A stretch of DNA of 32,000 nt, from assembly GCF_000039765.1 (NCBI RefSeq), contig NC_004459.3, positions 1,320,001 through 1,352,000 on the forward strand, given 5' to 3'. The notes beneath the pieces were generated by a model. It saw nothing but the letters and a program-made list of their open reading frames with translations, did not search any database and was not told where the DNA came from. Below are positions 20,911 to 32,000 of this stretch, piece after piece. Every line of letters starts with the position of its first letter. Position 1 is the first letter of the stretch. The DNA comes from Vibrio vulnificus CMCP6 (GTDB lineage: Bacteria; Pseudomonadota; Gammaproteobacteria; Enterobacterales; Vibrionaceae). The position numbers and the translations under genes were made by a program.

Positions 20911-22188
20911 ATGTCCGATGACAATAGCCAGCAAATGACCCCTGAAGAAGTACTTCGCCAACAAGCTCTTGATTATCATGCTTTGCCAACGGCGGGTAAA
21001 ATTGCCGTCGCTCTAACCAAACCTGCGGAAACCGCTAAAGATCTTGCTTTAGCTTACAGCCCAGGTGTTGCAGAGCCGGTTCGCGAAATCGCACAGAACC
21101 CAGACAACGTTTACAAGTACACCTCAAAGGGAAATATGGTGGCCGTTATCTCTAACGGTACGGCAATTTTGGGTCTAGGTAACTTAGGTCCTTTGGCATC
21201 AAAGCCAGTAATGGAAGGTAAGGCACTGCTGTTTAAGCGTTTTGCTGGTCTTGATTCTATCGATATTGAAGTGAAGCATCGCACCATCGACGAATTCGTG
21301 GATACGGTCGCGAACATTGCAGATACCTTTGGTGGTATCAATTTAGAAGACATCAAAGCACCAGACTGTTTTGAAATTGAAAAACGTCTGATTGAGCGTT
21401 GTGATGTGCCAGTGTTCCATGATGACCAACACGGAACGGCCATTGTCACCGCGGCTGGTATGCTGAATGCGATCGAACTGCAGGGTAAGAAGCTAAACGA
21501 ATGTATTATTGTTTGTCTTGGTGCGGGTGCGGCTGCCGTGGCGTGTATGGAGCTGCTGATCAAATGTGGCGCGATGCGTGAAAAGATCTACATGCTGGAT
21601 CGTAAAGGTGTGATTCATACACGTCGTGATGATCTCAACGAGTACAAGCAACTGTTCGCCAACAATACAGACAAGCGCACACTGGAAGATGTGATCAGCG
21701 GTGCGGATCTCTTCCTTGGCGTGTCTGGTCCAAACCTAATGCCTGCAGAAGCGCTGAAGCTGATGGCGGATAAACCGGTTGTGTTTGCGTGTTCAAACCC
21801 TGATCCAGAAATCAAGCCAGAGTTGGCGCATGAAGTGCGCAGCGATCTTATCATGGGTACAGGTCGCAGCGACTATCCGAACCAAGTGAACAACGTGTTG
21901 TGCTTCCCATTCATTTTCCGTGGCGCTCTGGATGTTCGTGCTAGTGAAATTAATGATGAAATGAAGTTAGCAGCGGTTGAAGCGATTCGTCAATTGGCGA
22001 AAGAGCCAGTGCCAGAAGCAGTATTGAAAGCGGCAGGTGTTGAATCGCTGAGCTTTGGCCCGCAATACATTATTCCCAAACCAATGGATTCACGTTTGCT
22101 GCCTCGCGTGGCGAAAGCCGTTGCTCAGGCGGCCGTTGATACCGGTGTGGCTCGTATTCCAATGCCAGAAAACTACATGGCCGAGTAA
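20911..22188 (+). CDS. Malic enzyme (short form without a phosphotransacetylase-like domain)
   Basis: 425 aa: ...LAYSPGVAEPVREIAQNPDNVYKYTSKGNMVAVISNGTAILGLGNLGPLASKPVMEGKALLFKRFAG...; MaeB-type N-terminal domain. Confidence 0.93.
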   Translation: MSDDNSQQMTPEEVLRQQALDYHALPTAGKIAVALTKPAETAKDLALAYSPGVAEPVREIAQNPDNVYKYTSKGNMVAVISNGTAILGLGNLGPLASKPVMEGKALLFKRFAGLDSIDIEVKHRTIDEFVDTVANIADTFGGINLEDIKAPDCFEIEKRLIERCDVPVFHDDQHGTAIVTAAGMLNAIELQGKKLNECIIVCLGAGAAAVACMELLIKCGAMREKIYMLDRKGVIHTRRDDLNEYKQLFANNTDKRTLEDVISGADLFLGVSGPNLMPAEALKLMADKPVVFACSNPDPEIKPELAHEVRSDLIMGTGRSDYPNQVNNVLCFPFIFRGALDVRASEINDEMKLAAVEAIRQLAKEPVPEAVLKAAGVESLSFGPQYIIPKPMDSRLLPRVAKAVAQAAVDTGVARIPMPENYMAE

Positions 22189-22202
22189 ATCACAGCCTAA
22201 AC

Positions 22203-22229
22203 AAACGGGACGCTTTAAGCGTCCCGTTT
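22203..22229. terminator. Rho-independent terminator after the malic enzyme gene
   Basis: AAACGGGACGC-TTTAA-GCGTCCCGTTTTT. Confidence 0.85.
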
Positions 22230-22274
22230 TTGATCAGATACCACTTTCCCCCGGTGTGGTAAAGCTAACGAGGT

Positions 22275-22592
22275 TTAGTCGTCATACGCTTCAAATTCGA
22301 TACCCATCGCCGTCATCAATTCTTTGGCTTCTGTTGGGATATCATCCGGGCGATCTTTTCTGAGATCTTCATCCGTCGGCAGTGGCTGGCCAGTGTACGC
22401 ATGCAGAAATGCCTCACACAACAACTCACTGTTTGTTGCGTGGCGTAGGTTATTAATTTGACGACGAGTACGTTCATCCGTCAGAACTTTTAGTACTTTA
22501 AGCGGGATAGAAACGGTAATTTTTTTTACTTGCTCGCTTTTCTTTCCATGCTCTGCGTATGGACTTATGTATTCGCCATTCCAGTCAGCCAT
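22275..22592 (-). CDS. metJ: Met regulon repressor MetJ
   Basis: 105 aa: [72 protein letters not shown]... Confidence 0.98.
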   Translation of the reverse strand: MADWNGEYISPYAEHGKKSEQVKKITVSIPLKVLKVLTDERTRRQINNLRHATNSELLCEAFLHAYTGQPLPTDEDLRKDRPDDIPTEAKELMTAMGIEFEAYDD

Positions 22593-22668
22593 TGCGCACC
22601 TTCAGAGTAATAATCGGTTAATAAAAATTGTAAGCGGAGATTTTAGCTGGATTTACCGCCATAAGCAA

Positions 22669-22700
22669 AGACATATAGACGTCTAGAAGTGTTGACGTCT
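22669..22700. promoter_or_regulatory. MetJ operator (four adjacent 8-bp met boxes) in the metJ/metB divergent region
   Basis: AGACATAT AGACGTCT AGAAGTGT TGACGTCT versus consensus AGACGTCT. Confidence 0.9.
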
Positions 22701-22803
22701 TAAATTTTGATGGTTAAAGTGACAACTATTAATGGAGAGGAAGGCGTTCCGATAACAGTAGCGCATTCTTATTAAGAATTCATCTTCGCAGAAAGGAAAC
22801 ATC

Positions 22804-23970
22804 ATGAGTCACCGCAAGCCAGCCACGATTGCCGTTAGAACGGGCATCGAATCCGATACTCAATACCGTGCCGTTGTGCCACCGATCTATTTGTCGACGA
22901 ACTATGGTTTCTCTGCCTTTGGCGAAGTGCCTAAATACGACTATACCCGCTCAGGCAACCCAAATCGTGGTCTACTAGAGCAAGCGTTGTTTGAGCTCGA
23001 ATCTGGTAAAGGTGCGGTGGTCACAAACTGCGGGACATCAGCACTTAACTTGTGGGTGTCTGCTTTTTTAAGCCCTGACGATCTTATTGTGGCACCTCAT
23101 GATTGTTATGGAGGTACCTACCGTCTTTTCAATACTCGAGCGAAGAAAGGGGATTTTAAAGTCCGCTTTGTCGACCAATCCGACAGTGCTGCACTGGATG
23201 CGGCGTTGGCGCTTAACCCCAAACTGGTGTTGCTTGAAACGCCTTCCAACCCGCTCGTGCGTGTGGTGGACATCGCGGAAGTGTGTGAGAAAGCCCATAA
23301 AGTGGGCGCGTTGGTGGCGGTCGATAACACCTTTTTGACACCGGTGTACCAAAAGCCTTTGGAGCTGGGGGCAGACTTTGTGATTCACTCGACAACCAAG
23401 TATATCAATGGGCATTCTGATGTGATTGGCGGTGTGGTGATCACTAAAACCGAAGAGCACGCAACAGAACTATCGTGGTGGGGGAACTGCCTTGGCGCAA
23501 CCGGTACGCCATTTGATAGCTATATGACGCTACGTGGTATCCGTACATTGGGGGCACGTATGCGCGTGCATGAAGAAAGTTCGCAACAAATTCTCTCTTA
23601 TCTGCAAACTCAAGAGTTAGTCGGTACCATTTATCACCCGAGTTTGCCAGCGCATCCCGGTCATGAGATCGCCAAAAAGCAGCAATCGGGCTTTGGATCG
23701 ATGTTGAGCTTTGAATTTGCTGGCAGCTTTGAGCAATTGAAAGTGTTTGTGAAAGCGCTAGATTTGTTTTCATTAGCGGAGTCACTTGGTGGTGTCGAAA
23801 GCTTGGTTTGTCATCCGGCATCTATGACTCATCGTGCGATGGGAGAGGAAGCACTCGCAGAAGCTGGCGTGACGCAACAGTTATTGCGTTTATCGGTGGG
23901 GCTGGAAGATGCGCAAGATCTGATTGCCGACCTCAAGCAGGCCTTTCAACAAGCGAAGGAGAGCTGTTAA
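22804..23970 (+). CDS. metB: Cystathionine gamma-synthase
   Basis: 388 aa PLP enzyme: MSHRKPATIAVRTGIESDTQYRAVVPPIYLSTNYGF...; divergent from metJ. Confidence 0.96.
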   Translation: MSHRKPATIAVRTGIESDTQYRAVVPPIYLSTNYGFSAFGEVPKYDYTRSGNPNRGLLEQALFELESGKGAVVTNCGTSALNLWVSAFLSPDDLIVAPHDCYGGTYRLFNTRAKKGDFKVRFVDQSDSAALDAALALNPKLVLLETPSNPLVRVVDIAEVCEKAHKVGALVAVDNTFLTPVYQKPLELGADFVIHSTTKYINGHSDVIGGVVITKTEEHATELSWWGNCLGATGTPFDSYMTLRGIRTLGARMRVHEESSQQILSYLQTQELVGTIYHPSLPAHPGHEIAKKQQSGFGSMLSFEFAGSFEQLKVFVKALDLFSLAESLGGVESLVCHPASMTHRAMGEEALAEAGVTQQLLRLSVGLEDAQDLIADLKQAFQQAKESC

Positions 23971-26381
23971 TGAGTCAAGTTCGACAACTGCACAAATTTG
24001 GTGGAAGCAGCCTTGCGGATCCGGATTGCTATCGTCGTGTGGTGAACATCCTCAAAGAGTACTCGGGTGATAACGATTTAGTGGTGGTGTCGGCAGCGGG
24101 CAAAACCACCAACCGCTTGATTGAATTTAGTGAGGCGCTGGAGAAGGACGGCCGTTTGGCGCACGAAGCATTGCAAGCTTTGCGTCAATATCAAACCGGA
24201 TTGGTGGAAGCACTGATCGCGTCGAACCAGCGTAGCGAGCTGCTTGATCAACTTGCTGATGAGTTCAGCACGTTGGCCGAGTTCTCCGCACCACTCACAA
24301 CCGCGCAAAAAGCAGCGATCTTAGGCCATGGAGAAGTGTGGTCGTCACGTCTACTGGCTTCGTTGTTGAATCAACATGATCTGGCCGCGGTGGCTCAGGA
24401 CGCGCGTGCGTTTTTACGGGCCGAAACCGGTACCCAACCTGAAGTGGATCGAGCTCGTTCTTATCCTCTGATTAAAGAAGTGTTGGCGCAGCACTCACAT
24501 CGCCGTGTGGTGATCACCGGCTTTATGGCGCAAAACCAAGCAGGCGAAACGGTCTTATTAGGGCGCAATGGCTCTGACTACTCTGCTACCGTGATTGGTG
24601 CGCTGGCGGAAGTGGCTAAAGTGACGATTTGGAGTGATGTGGCTGGGGTGTACAGCGCCGACCCTCGTTTGGTCAGTGACGCTTGTTTGCTGCCGTTACT
24701 GCGTTTGGATGAAGCCAGTGAACTTGCGCGCTTAGCCGCTCCAGTCCTGCATAGCCGAACATTACAGCCAGTGGCACAAAGTGCCACCGAGCTTAATCTG
24801 CGCTGCAGTTACACCCCTGAGTCAGGTTCTACCCGTATTGAACGCGTGTTGGCGTCTGGGCGCGGTGCCAAAATCATCACCTCGCTTGACGATGTTATGT
24901 TAGTGCAGTTGAACTTCTCTGCCGGTCATGACTTTGAGCGCCAGCAGCAAGAGGTATTGCGTGCACTCAAACGCGCGCAGTTGGAACCATTGGCGTTTGA
25001 AGCACAAAAAGATCAATTTAAGCTGCGCTTAGCGTATACCACAGAAATTGCTGGTGGCGCTTTGGCACATCTGCAAGAGTTGGGTTTGGCCGCCGAGATC
25101 AAGCTGAAAGAGGGCTTTTCGCTGGTCGCCGCTGTCGGGGCTGGAGTGACGAACAATGCCAGCCATTGTTTTGGTTTCTATCAGCAGCTGAAACACTCTC
25201 CTGTGGAATTCATTTCTGAAGCTGAATCAGGATTGAGTTTGGTTGCGGTGATGCGCCGAGTCGATCTTCCGGTACTGGTGAAAGCGATCCATACCCAATT
25301 GTTTCAAGCCCAGAAGCGCGTGGCATTGGCCCTGTGTGGTAAAGGTAATATCGGATCCAGTTGGTTATCTCTGTTTGCGCAGCAGAAAAGTGAGTTGGAA
25401 AAACGCCATGGTATGAACTTTGAGTTGGTGGCCGTGGTGGATAGCCAAACTTATCTGTTCAATGAACAAGGTTTAGATGCCGCAGCAGTACACGCGCATT
25501 TTGATGATGACTCGGTACCGAATGATGGGGCCAATTGGTTACAACGATTGAGTTCAATCCAAGACTATGACGAAGTGGTGGTGTTGGATGTCACGGCCAG
25601 CCGCGAGTTGGCTGCGCAATATTTGGATATTGCCCATCAAGGTATGCACCTCATTTCCGCGAATAAAATTGCGGGCTCAGCGAGCAGCGATTATTACTAC
25701 CAAGTGCAAGATGCCTTCAGCAAAATTGGCCGTCATTGGTTGTATAACGCAACCGTGGGTGCTGGCTTACCGATTAATCACACGGTGAGAGATTTACGCG
25801 AAAGTGGTGATGAAATCGTGGCACTTTCTGGCATCTTCTCTGGCACGCTCTCTTGGCTGTTCCAGCAGTTTGATGGTTCAGTACCGTTTGCAGAGCTGGT
25901 TGATTTAGCTTGGCAGCAAGGCCTCACTGAACCGGATCCTCGCAGCGATTTAGATGGTTCAGATGTGATGCGTAAGCTGGTGATCTTGGCTCGCGAATCA
26001 GGCTTAGACATTGAGCCTGAAAACGTGAAAGTGGAATCTTTGGTGCCTGAAGAGCTTAAAGAACTTTCTCTTGACGATTTCTTTGACCAAGCCCACTTAT
26101 TGAGTGAGCGTTTGCAAGAGCGTCTAACTAAGGCGCAGCGTCAAGATCAGGTGCTACGCTATGTTGCTCGTCTAGAAAAAAACGGTAAAGCTCGTGTCAG
26201 TGTTGAAGCACTACAACGAGAGCATGCTTTGGCAAACTTGTTGCCGTGTGACAATATCTTTGCCATTGAGAGTAAATGGTATCGTGATAATCCTTTAGTG
26301 ATTCGTGGCCCGGGGGCTGGGCGTGAAGTGACTGCTGGCGCAATTCAGTCTGATCTCAATCGCTTAGCTGGCTTGTTCTAA
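23970..26381 (+). CDS. metL: Bifunctional aspartokinase II/homoserine dehydrogenase II
   Basis: 803 aa from ATG 23970 (MSQVRQLHKFGGSSLADPDCYRRVV...), overlapping the metB stop by 1 nt (TAATG); C-terminal homoserine dehydrogenase region. Confidence 0.96.
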   Translation: MSQVRQLHKFGGSSLADPDCYRRVVNILKEYSGDNDLVVVSAAGKTTNRLIEFSEALEKDGRLAHEALQALRQYQTGLVEALIASNQRSELLDQLADEFSTLAEFSAPLTTAQKAAILGHGEVWSSRLLASLLNQHDLAAVAQDARAFLRAETGTQPEVDRARSYPLIKEVLAQHSHRRVVITGFMAQNQAGETVLLGRNGSDYSATVIGALAEVAKVTIWSDVAGVYSADPRLVSDACLLPLLRLDEASELARLAAPVLHSRTLQPVAQSATELNLRCSYTPESGSTRIERVLASGRGAKIITSLDDVMLVQLNFSAGHDFERQQQEVLRALKRAQLEPLAFEAQKDQFKLRLAYTTEIAGGALAHLQELGLAAEIKLKEGFSLVAAVGAGVTNNASHCFGFYQQLKHSPVEFISEAESGLSLVAVMRRVDLPVLVKAIHTQLFQAQKRVALALCGKGNIGSSWLSLFAQQKSELEKRHGMNFELVAVVDSQTYLFNEQGLDAAAVHAHFDDDSVPNDGANWLQRLSSIQDYDEVVVLDVTASRELAAQYLDIAHQGMHLISANKIAGSASSDYYYQVQDAFSKIGRHWLYNATVGAGLPINHTVRDLRESGDEIVALSGIFSGTLSWLFQQFDGSVPFAELVDLAWQQGLTEPDPRSDLDGSDVMRKLVILARESGLDIEPENVKVESLVPEELKELSLDDFFDQAHLLSERLQERLTKAQRQDQVLRYVARLEKNGKARVSVEALQREHALANLLPCDNIFAIESKWYRDNPLVIRGPGAGREVTAGAIQSDLNRLAGLF

Positions 26382-26401
26382 GAGAAGGCGGATGATTTGA
26401 T

Positions 26402-26425
26402 AGGGACCCAAGCGGTCCCTTTTTT
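26402..26425 (+). terminator. Rho-independent terminator after metL
   Basis: AGGGACC-CAAGC-GGTCCCTTTTTT. Confidence 0.85.
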
Positions 26426-26455
26426 CTACTTGAACTATGCTCATTATGAACTTGA

Positions 26456-27475
<1,020 letters not shown>

Positions 27476-27502
27476 GTTGACTTTCTATCTCTCCCTCATA
27501 TA

Positions 27503-27531
27503 AAAACGGCTCCCTTATCAGGAGCCGTTTT
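27503..27531. terminator. Rho-independent terminator after metF
   Basis: AAAACGGCTCC-CTTATCA-GGAGCCGTTTT. Confidence 0.85.
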
Positions 27532-27581
27532 GCTATCTCAAATCATCACCGCCACATTGTCTAGCGTATGTGGCTGGTGGA

Positions 27582-28121
27582 TTAGCCGAGGATATCCAGT
27601 TCGGCTAACACTTCTTCTGCCCAGCGTACCCAAGCTTCACGCATCATCAAATTACGTCGCAAGGTGAGGCGCTCTAGGCGGCCTTGCTTATCCAGTGTCG
27701 ATGGTGTCGCGTAGTAAGCGGCTTCAATTTCTTTGTAGTGTGAGACAAGCTTGCGAGACTCTTCTACTAACTCAGCAAGCTGAGCGCGGTAAGGCGCAGA
27801 GGGTTGTACTGAGCAAGCCATCAGTTTTGCTGAAAACTCGTCGCGTACAGTTGGGTGAGCTGTCGGTTGATCAAACCACTCACCTAATGCTGAGCGTCCA
27901 GCGTCGGTAATTGAATAAACTTTGCGATCCGGCTTGCCTTCTTGCGGTTCCAATACACAAGTTACCAGCTCTTTCTCTGCCATTTTATTCAGCTCACGGT
28001 ACACCTGTTGGTGACTTGCTTTCCAAAAGTAGCCGATAGAAGCGGAGAATTCTTTAGTGATATCGTAACCGGTCGCATCACGAGTGCTTAAAACGGTTAG
28101 AATTACGTGTGGTAATGACAT
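27582..28121 (-). CDS. aphA: PadR-family transcriptional regulator AphA (low-cell-density quorum-sensing regulator of vibrios)
   Basis: 179 aa from ATG 28121: MSLPHVILTVLSTRDATGYDITKEFSASIGYFWKASHQQVYRELNKMAEKELVTCVLEPQEGKPDRKVYSITDAGRSALGEWFDQ...; recognised as AphA. Confidence 0.93.
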   Translation of the reverse strand: MSLPHVILTVLSTRDATGYDITKEFSASIGYFWKASHQQVYRELNKMAEKELVTCVLEPQEGKPDRKVYSITDAGRSALGEWFDQPTAHPTVRDEFSAKLMACSVQPSAPYRAQLAELVEESRKLVSHYKEIEAAYYATPSTLDKQGRLERLTLRRNLMMREAWVRWAEEVLAELDILG

Positions 28122-28691
28122 GTCTTCAATCCAAATGGTCAATAAACTTATGAACAAGCTGCCTGCACGGCGTTTACATTCTTGTTGATGCAATTTGTTT
28201 ATGTGCAGTCAGCACCAACAATGTTGGTCCTGTCACCTTTAAAGCCGTTTATCACCTAGGGTGGATGGAGCGATTCCATCAGGCTGCAGAAATAATATTT
28301 TGATGTGTGATCCGCAGCGGATGAGTAGTATATCTAAATAATAAGCATAAAGTGGAATAGCAGGACAATATTACCCAAAAAACTAACAAAATGCTCAATA
28401 GTGAATTTTGGTAGAATAACACGCTTTAAATGTGCGTCATTTCGTTTTTAATCTAGCTTAATATTCTGGTTTTTTGTTGTTGTGCTTACATGGTGATGGT
28501 GATCTAGAGCACAGAATGAGTAATTTTTATAAAATGCCAGCAAGGATGAATTGTGGCTGAAATGAGTTCTTGAAACGCCTGATGATGCTTTCCGCTTAAT
28601 GAGAGAAGTGGGGAGAGAATGTCAGTTGCAAGAGGAAAAATGGCATGAGGCCATTGAAGAATGAGAGTGGTATTGGATGGGTTCCGAAACC

Positions 28692-28722
28692 AAAAGAGCT
28701 GGCGTAAGTCGCCAGCTCTTTT
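28692..28722. terminator. Rho-independent terminator downstream of ppc
   Basis: 13-bp perfect stem AAAAGAGCTGGCG-TAAGT-CGCCAGCTCTTTT. Confidence 0.85.
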
Positions 28723-28736
28723 ACGTCTAAATGAAC

Positions 28737-31370
28737 TTAACCTGTGTTACGCATACCTGCGGCGATACCCGCGATGGTCACCATCAACGCTTCTTCAAGC
28801 GCTTCCGATACCACGCCTGCTTGGCGAGTGCGGTAAAGCAGTTCTGCTTGAAGCATATTCAACGGTTCGATGTAGATATTACGTAGTCGAATAGACTCTT
28901 GACCCCAAGGATCGCTTTGCATCAAGTTCTCGTTGTTTTCGACGTTAAGCACGGCTTTGATGTCGCTTTGCAGCTGATCACGTAAACGATCACCCAGAGG
29001 TAGCAGCGATTTGTCGGCGAGACGTTCATCATAGTAACGAGAAATCTCACTGTTACACTTGAGGTACACCATCTCAAGCATGCCCAAACGCGTGGAGAAA
29101 AATGGCCATTCACGGCACATTTCTTCCAAAAGCGCTTGATGGCCTTTGTCAATCGAGTACTGAATCGCTTCACCAGCACCTAACCACGCAGGCAATAGCA
29201 AGCGGTTTTGGCTCCAAGAGAAAATCCAAGGAATCGCACGTAGGCTTTCCACGCCACCATTTGGGTTACGCTTGGCAGGGCGAGAGCCTAGAGGCAGTTT
29301 ACCCAACTCCAGCTCAGGTGTTGCTTGGCGGAAGTAAGGGACAAAGTCTGGCTCACCACGAACCACACTGCGGTAGGCTTCACAGCTTACTTGCGACAGC
29401 ACTTCCATCAGATCGCGCCACTCTTGTTTTGGCTCTGGTGGTGGTAGCAAATTAGCTTCAAGGATCGCACTGGCGTACATGTTGAAGCTATTAACGGCCA
29501 CATCAGGCAAACCGAGTTTGAAGCGAATCATCTCACCTTGTTCGGTGACGCGTAGGCCGCCTTTCAAGCTCTTTGGTGGTTGAGAGAGCAGCGCTGCATG
29601 AGCGGGTGCACCGCCACGACCAATGGTACCGCCACGGCCGTGGAATAAGGTCAGCTCAATGCCTTCTTGTTCAGCGACGTTCACTAAGGCTTCCATTGCA
29701 TGGTATTGAGCCCAACCCGCCGCCATTACGCCCGCGTCTTTTGCTGAGTCGGAATAACCGATCATCACCATTTGATGGTTTTGAATAAAGCCACGATAGA
29801 GGTCAATGCTCATCAATTGTTTGATCACCGCTTCGGCGTTGTTTAGATCGTCGAGCGTTTCAAACAGCGGGCAAACGTCCATGCGATAAGGACAGCCTGA
29901 TTCTTGCAGCAGTAGATGCACCGCGAGTACATCAGAGGCAGTCTTGGCCATCGAGATGACGTAAGCACCAAACGCTTCACGAGATTGCGCGGCAATGATT
30001 TTGCACGTATCGAGCACTTCTTTCACTTGCTCTGAAGGTTGCCAGTCACGTGGTAGCAATGGGCGCTTCGATGCCAATTCATTGGTCAAGAACGCGATTT
30101 TGTCTTGTTCGCTCCAGTGATTGTAATCACCAATGCCTAAGTAACGTGTCAGTTCTGAAAGGACGTCAGCGTGACGGGTACTTTCTTGGCGAATGTCCAA
30201 GCGAACCAGATGCACACCAAACGCTTTGACACGACGCAGTGTATCGAGTAGTGAGCCTTCGGCGATCATGCTCATGCCACATTCGCGTAGTGACTGATAA
30301 CAAGCGAAAAGAGGATCCCAAAGTTGCTCAACACTTTGCAGCGGCGCTTTTACTGCCAGCTTCTGGCCGTTAATTTTCGCATCCAGGATCTCTTTGGTAT
30401 CACTCAGCAGCGTGCGCAGTTGTTTCAGGATGGCACGATAAGGCTCGTGTTCATCTTCACCTGCCAATTGACGAACGGTGTCATTGCACTTGGTCATTGA
30501 CAGCTCGCTGATCAACTCATTGATGTCTTTGAGGTAAAGATCCGCCGCTTTCCAGCGCGAGAGTAGCAACACTTCACGTGTCACAGTATGGGTCACAAAC
30601 GGGTTGCCATCTCGGTCACCACCCATCCAAGATGAGAAGTGAACAGGGCGAGCATCAATTGGCAAGCCTTGGTCTAGATAGTCTTTGAGCTTTTCATCGA
30701 GTTCGCGTAGAAAATCTGGCACTGCTTCCCAGAGTGAATTTTCCACTACGGCAAACCCCCACTTCGCTTCATCGAGTGGTGTTGGGCGCTGTTTGCGAAT
30801 CACGTCTGAGTGCCAGCTTTGTGCGATAAGTTGCTCGAGGCGTTTTTCTGTCTTGTGGCGCTCTTTGTAAGAAAGATCGCTCAGCTCTAACTTAGACAGG
30901 CATTCGTTGATTTTGACCAGTTTATTGATCATGGTGCGGCGCGTGATTTCCGTCGGGTGCGCAGTCAGCACCAGTTCAATGTTCAATTCACGAATCGCTT
31001 GGGCGGTATCGAGTTTATTGATGCCGTTTTGACCAAGCTTAGCAAACAGCGTATTGATCGCATCCGGCTCACACACGTGTGCATCGCAATGGCGAGAGAT
31101 GGTGTGGTATTGCTCGGCAATGTTGGTCAAATTCAGAAATTGGTTAAAAGCGCGAGCCACCGGGGTGAGTTGCTCATCTGGCAGGCTTTTGATTTCTTCA
31201 ATCAGGTTGTTACGATCAGCCTGATTGCCTGCGCGGGCAGATTTGGAGAGCTTACGAATGGTCTCCACCTTCTCTAAGATTTCGTCGCCATGGGCCTCTT
31301 GAATGGTGTTACCCAATAAGTGCCCCAACATGCTGACATTACTCTTGAGCGCGGCGTATTTCTCGTTCAT
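28737..31370 (-). CDS. ppc: Phosphoenolpyruvate carboxylase
   Basis: 877 aa from ATG 31370 ([36 protein letters not shown]...); motifs [26 protein letters not shown]-terminus. Confidence 0.98.
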   Translation of the reverse strand: MNEKYAALKSNVSMLGHLLGNTIQEAHGDEILEKVETIRKLSKSARAGNQADRNNLIEEIKSLPDEQLTPVARAFNQFLNLTNIAEQYHTISRHCDAHVCEPDAINTLFAKLGQNGINKLDTAQAIRELNIELVLTAHPTEITRRTMINKLVKINECLSKLELSDLSYKERHKTEKRLEQLIAQSWHSDVIRKQRPTPLDEAKWGFAVVENSLWEAVPDFLRELDEKLKDYLDQGLPIDARPVHFSSWMGGDRDGNPFVTHTVTREVLLLSRWKAADLYLKDINELISELSMTKCNDTVRQLAGEDEHEPYRAILKQLRTLLSDTKEILDAKINGQKLAVKAPLQSVEQLWDPLFACYQSLRECGMSMIAEGSLLDTLRRVKAFGVHLVRLDIRQESTRHADVLSELTRYLGIGDYNHWSEQDKIAFLTNELASKRPLLPRDWQPSEQVKEVLDTCKIIAAQSREAFGAYVISMAKTASDVLAVHLLLQESGCPYRMDVCPLFETLDDLNNAEAVIKQLMSIDLYRGFIQNHQMVMIGYSDSAKDAGVMAAGWAQYHAMEALVNVAEQEGIELTLFHGRGGTIGRGGAPAHAALLSQPPKSLKGGLRVTEQGEMIRFKLGLPDVAVNSFNMYASAILEANLLPPPEPKQEWRDLMEVLSQVSCEAYRSVVRGEPDFVPYFRQATPELELGKLPLGSRPAKRNPNGGVESLRAIPWIFSWSQNRLLLPAWLGAGEAIQYSIDKGHQALLEEMCREWPFFSTRLGMLEMVYLKCNSEISRYYDERLADKSLLPLGDRLRDQLQSDIKAVLNVENNENLMQSDPWGQESIRLRNIYIEPLNMLQAELLYRTRQAGVVSEALEEALMVTIAGIAAGMRNTG

Positions 31371-31589
31371 TGTCATCCTGCCTCGTAAAAAAATTACATC
31401 CATTGTTCCTTGTTAAGCCACCAATCTAGCGAAATTTAATATATTTAGTCAAATAAAGCAGACTAAGTTTGCAAATATTCGCTCGCTGTTCTGACTTAAA
31501 GCAAAGTATTGCTTTGTAAATAAACGATATTGAAAATTTATTACAATTTATAAGGCAGAGTGGCGCAAGGCAACTCTGCCGACATGCAG

Positions 31590-32000
31590 CTAAAAACAGT
31601 ATTTGCGCATTGCTTTACTAAGCACGTCAATCGTCGGGTCGATAAAGTCAAACGCCAAGAACTCATCTGGCTGGTGAGCTTGGTCGATAGATCCCGGACC
31701 CAGCACCAGTGTGGGGCAGAGCTGCTGCAAAAATGGCGCTTCGGTACAGTAGTTCACGGTTTGTGATGGTGTACCACAGAGCTCTTCTATGCCATGAATA
31801 AATGGATGATCATGTTGGCACTCGTAACCTGGGATTGGCTCGTGCAGTGGCACGATCTCAATCCGTCCCGGCCATTTTGCTTCCACCTCTTTGAGTGCCC
31901 CACGCAACAGATTATCCAAACCGTCGAGGCTAATGCCAGGAAGAGGTCTTACGTCATAATGCAACTCGCAGCAACCGCAGATGCGGTTGGCACTATCGCC
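31590..32000 (-). CDS. argE: Acetylornithine deacetylase, C-terminal part (5' truncated by window edge)
   Basis: Frame is open to the window edge ([40 protein letters not shown]...[20 protein letters not shown]); adjacent to ppc as in E. coli. Confidence 0.9.
   Translation of the reverse strand, partial: GDSANRICGCCELHYDVRPLPGISLDGLDNLLRGALKEVEAKWPGRIEIVPLHEPIPGYECQHDHPFIHGIEELCGTPSQTVNYCTEAPFLQQLCPTLVLGPGSIDQAHQPDEFLAFDFIDPTIDVLSKAMRKYCF

Noticed and set aside
22669-22700. Short regularly spaced repeats near metB considered as a possible CRISPR-like array
   Set aside because: The 8-bp contiguous units match MetJ boxes and there are no spacers. No CRISPR array or cas gene was seen in the window.
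28661-28894. Small plus-strand ORF upstream of and overlapping the ppc end
   Set aside because: It crosses the ppc terminator and the 3' end of ppc antisense, with no recognisable protein.

Overview
The window is a gene-dense core-chromosome segment from a gammaproteobacterium, almost certainly a Vibrio. It reads in this order: tusC (partial)-tusB-rpsL-rpsG-fusA-tuf, bfd-bfr, galE(-), tpiA(-), two or three small conserved genes, a SufR-like regulator, glpX(-), zapB(-), rraA(-), menA(-), hslVU(-), ftsN(-), cytR(-), priA(-), rpmE, a short malic enzyme gene, metJ(-)/metBL, metF, aphA(-), ppc(-) and argE(-, partial). Gene content and order largely match conserved enterobacterial/vibrio synteny. 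I see no CRISPR array, transposon, prophage, toxin-antitoxin pair or defence island. I also see no convincing previously undescribed multi-gene system. The observations worth a second look are regulatory or structural: a near-consensus str-operon promoter with a 5' leader hairpin, paired hairpins between fusA and tuf, a strong Fur-box match before bfd, a sigma-32-like promoter before hslV, MetJ operator arrays sharing a 16-mer, a perfect heptanucleotide tandem repeat plus stem-loop upstream of glpX, and a long non-coding region upstream of the quorum-sensing regulator gene aphA. No database search was run. Assignments rest on recognition of protein sequence and gene context.
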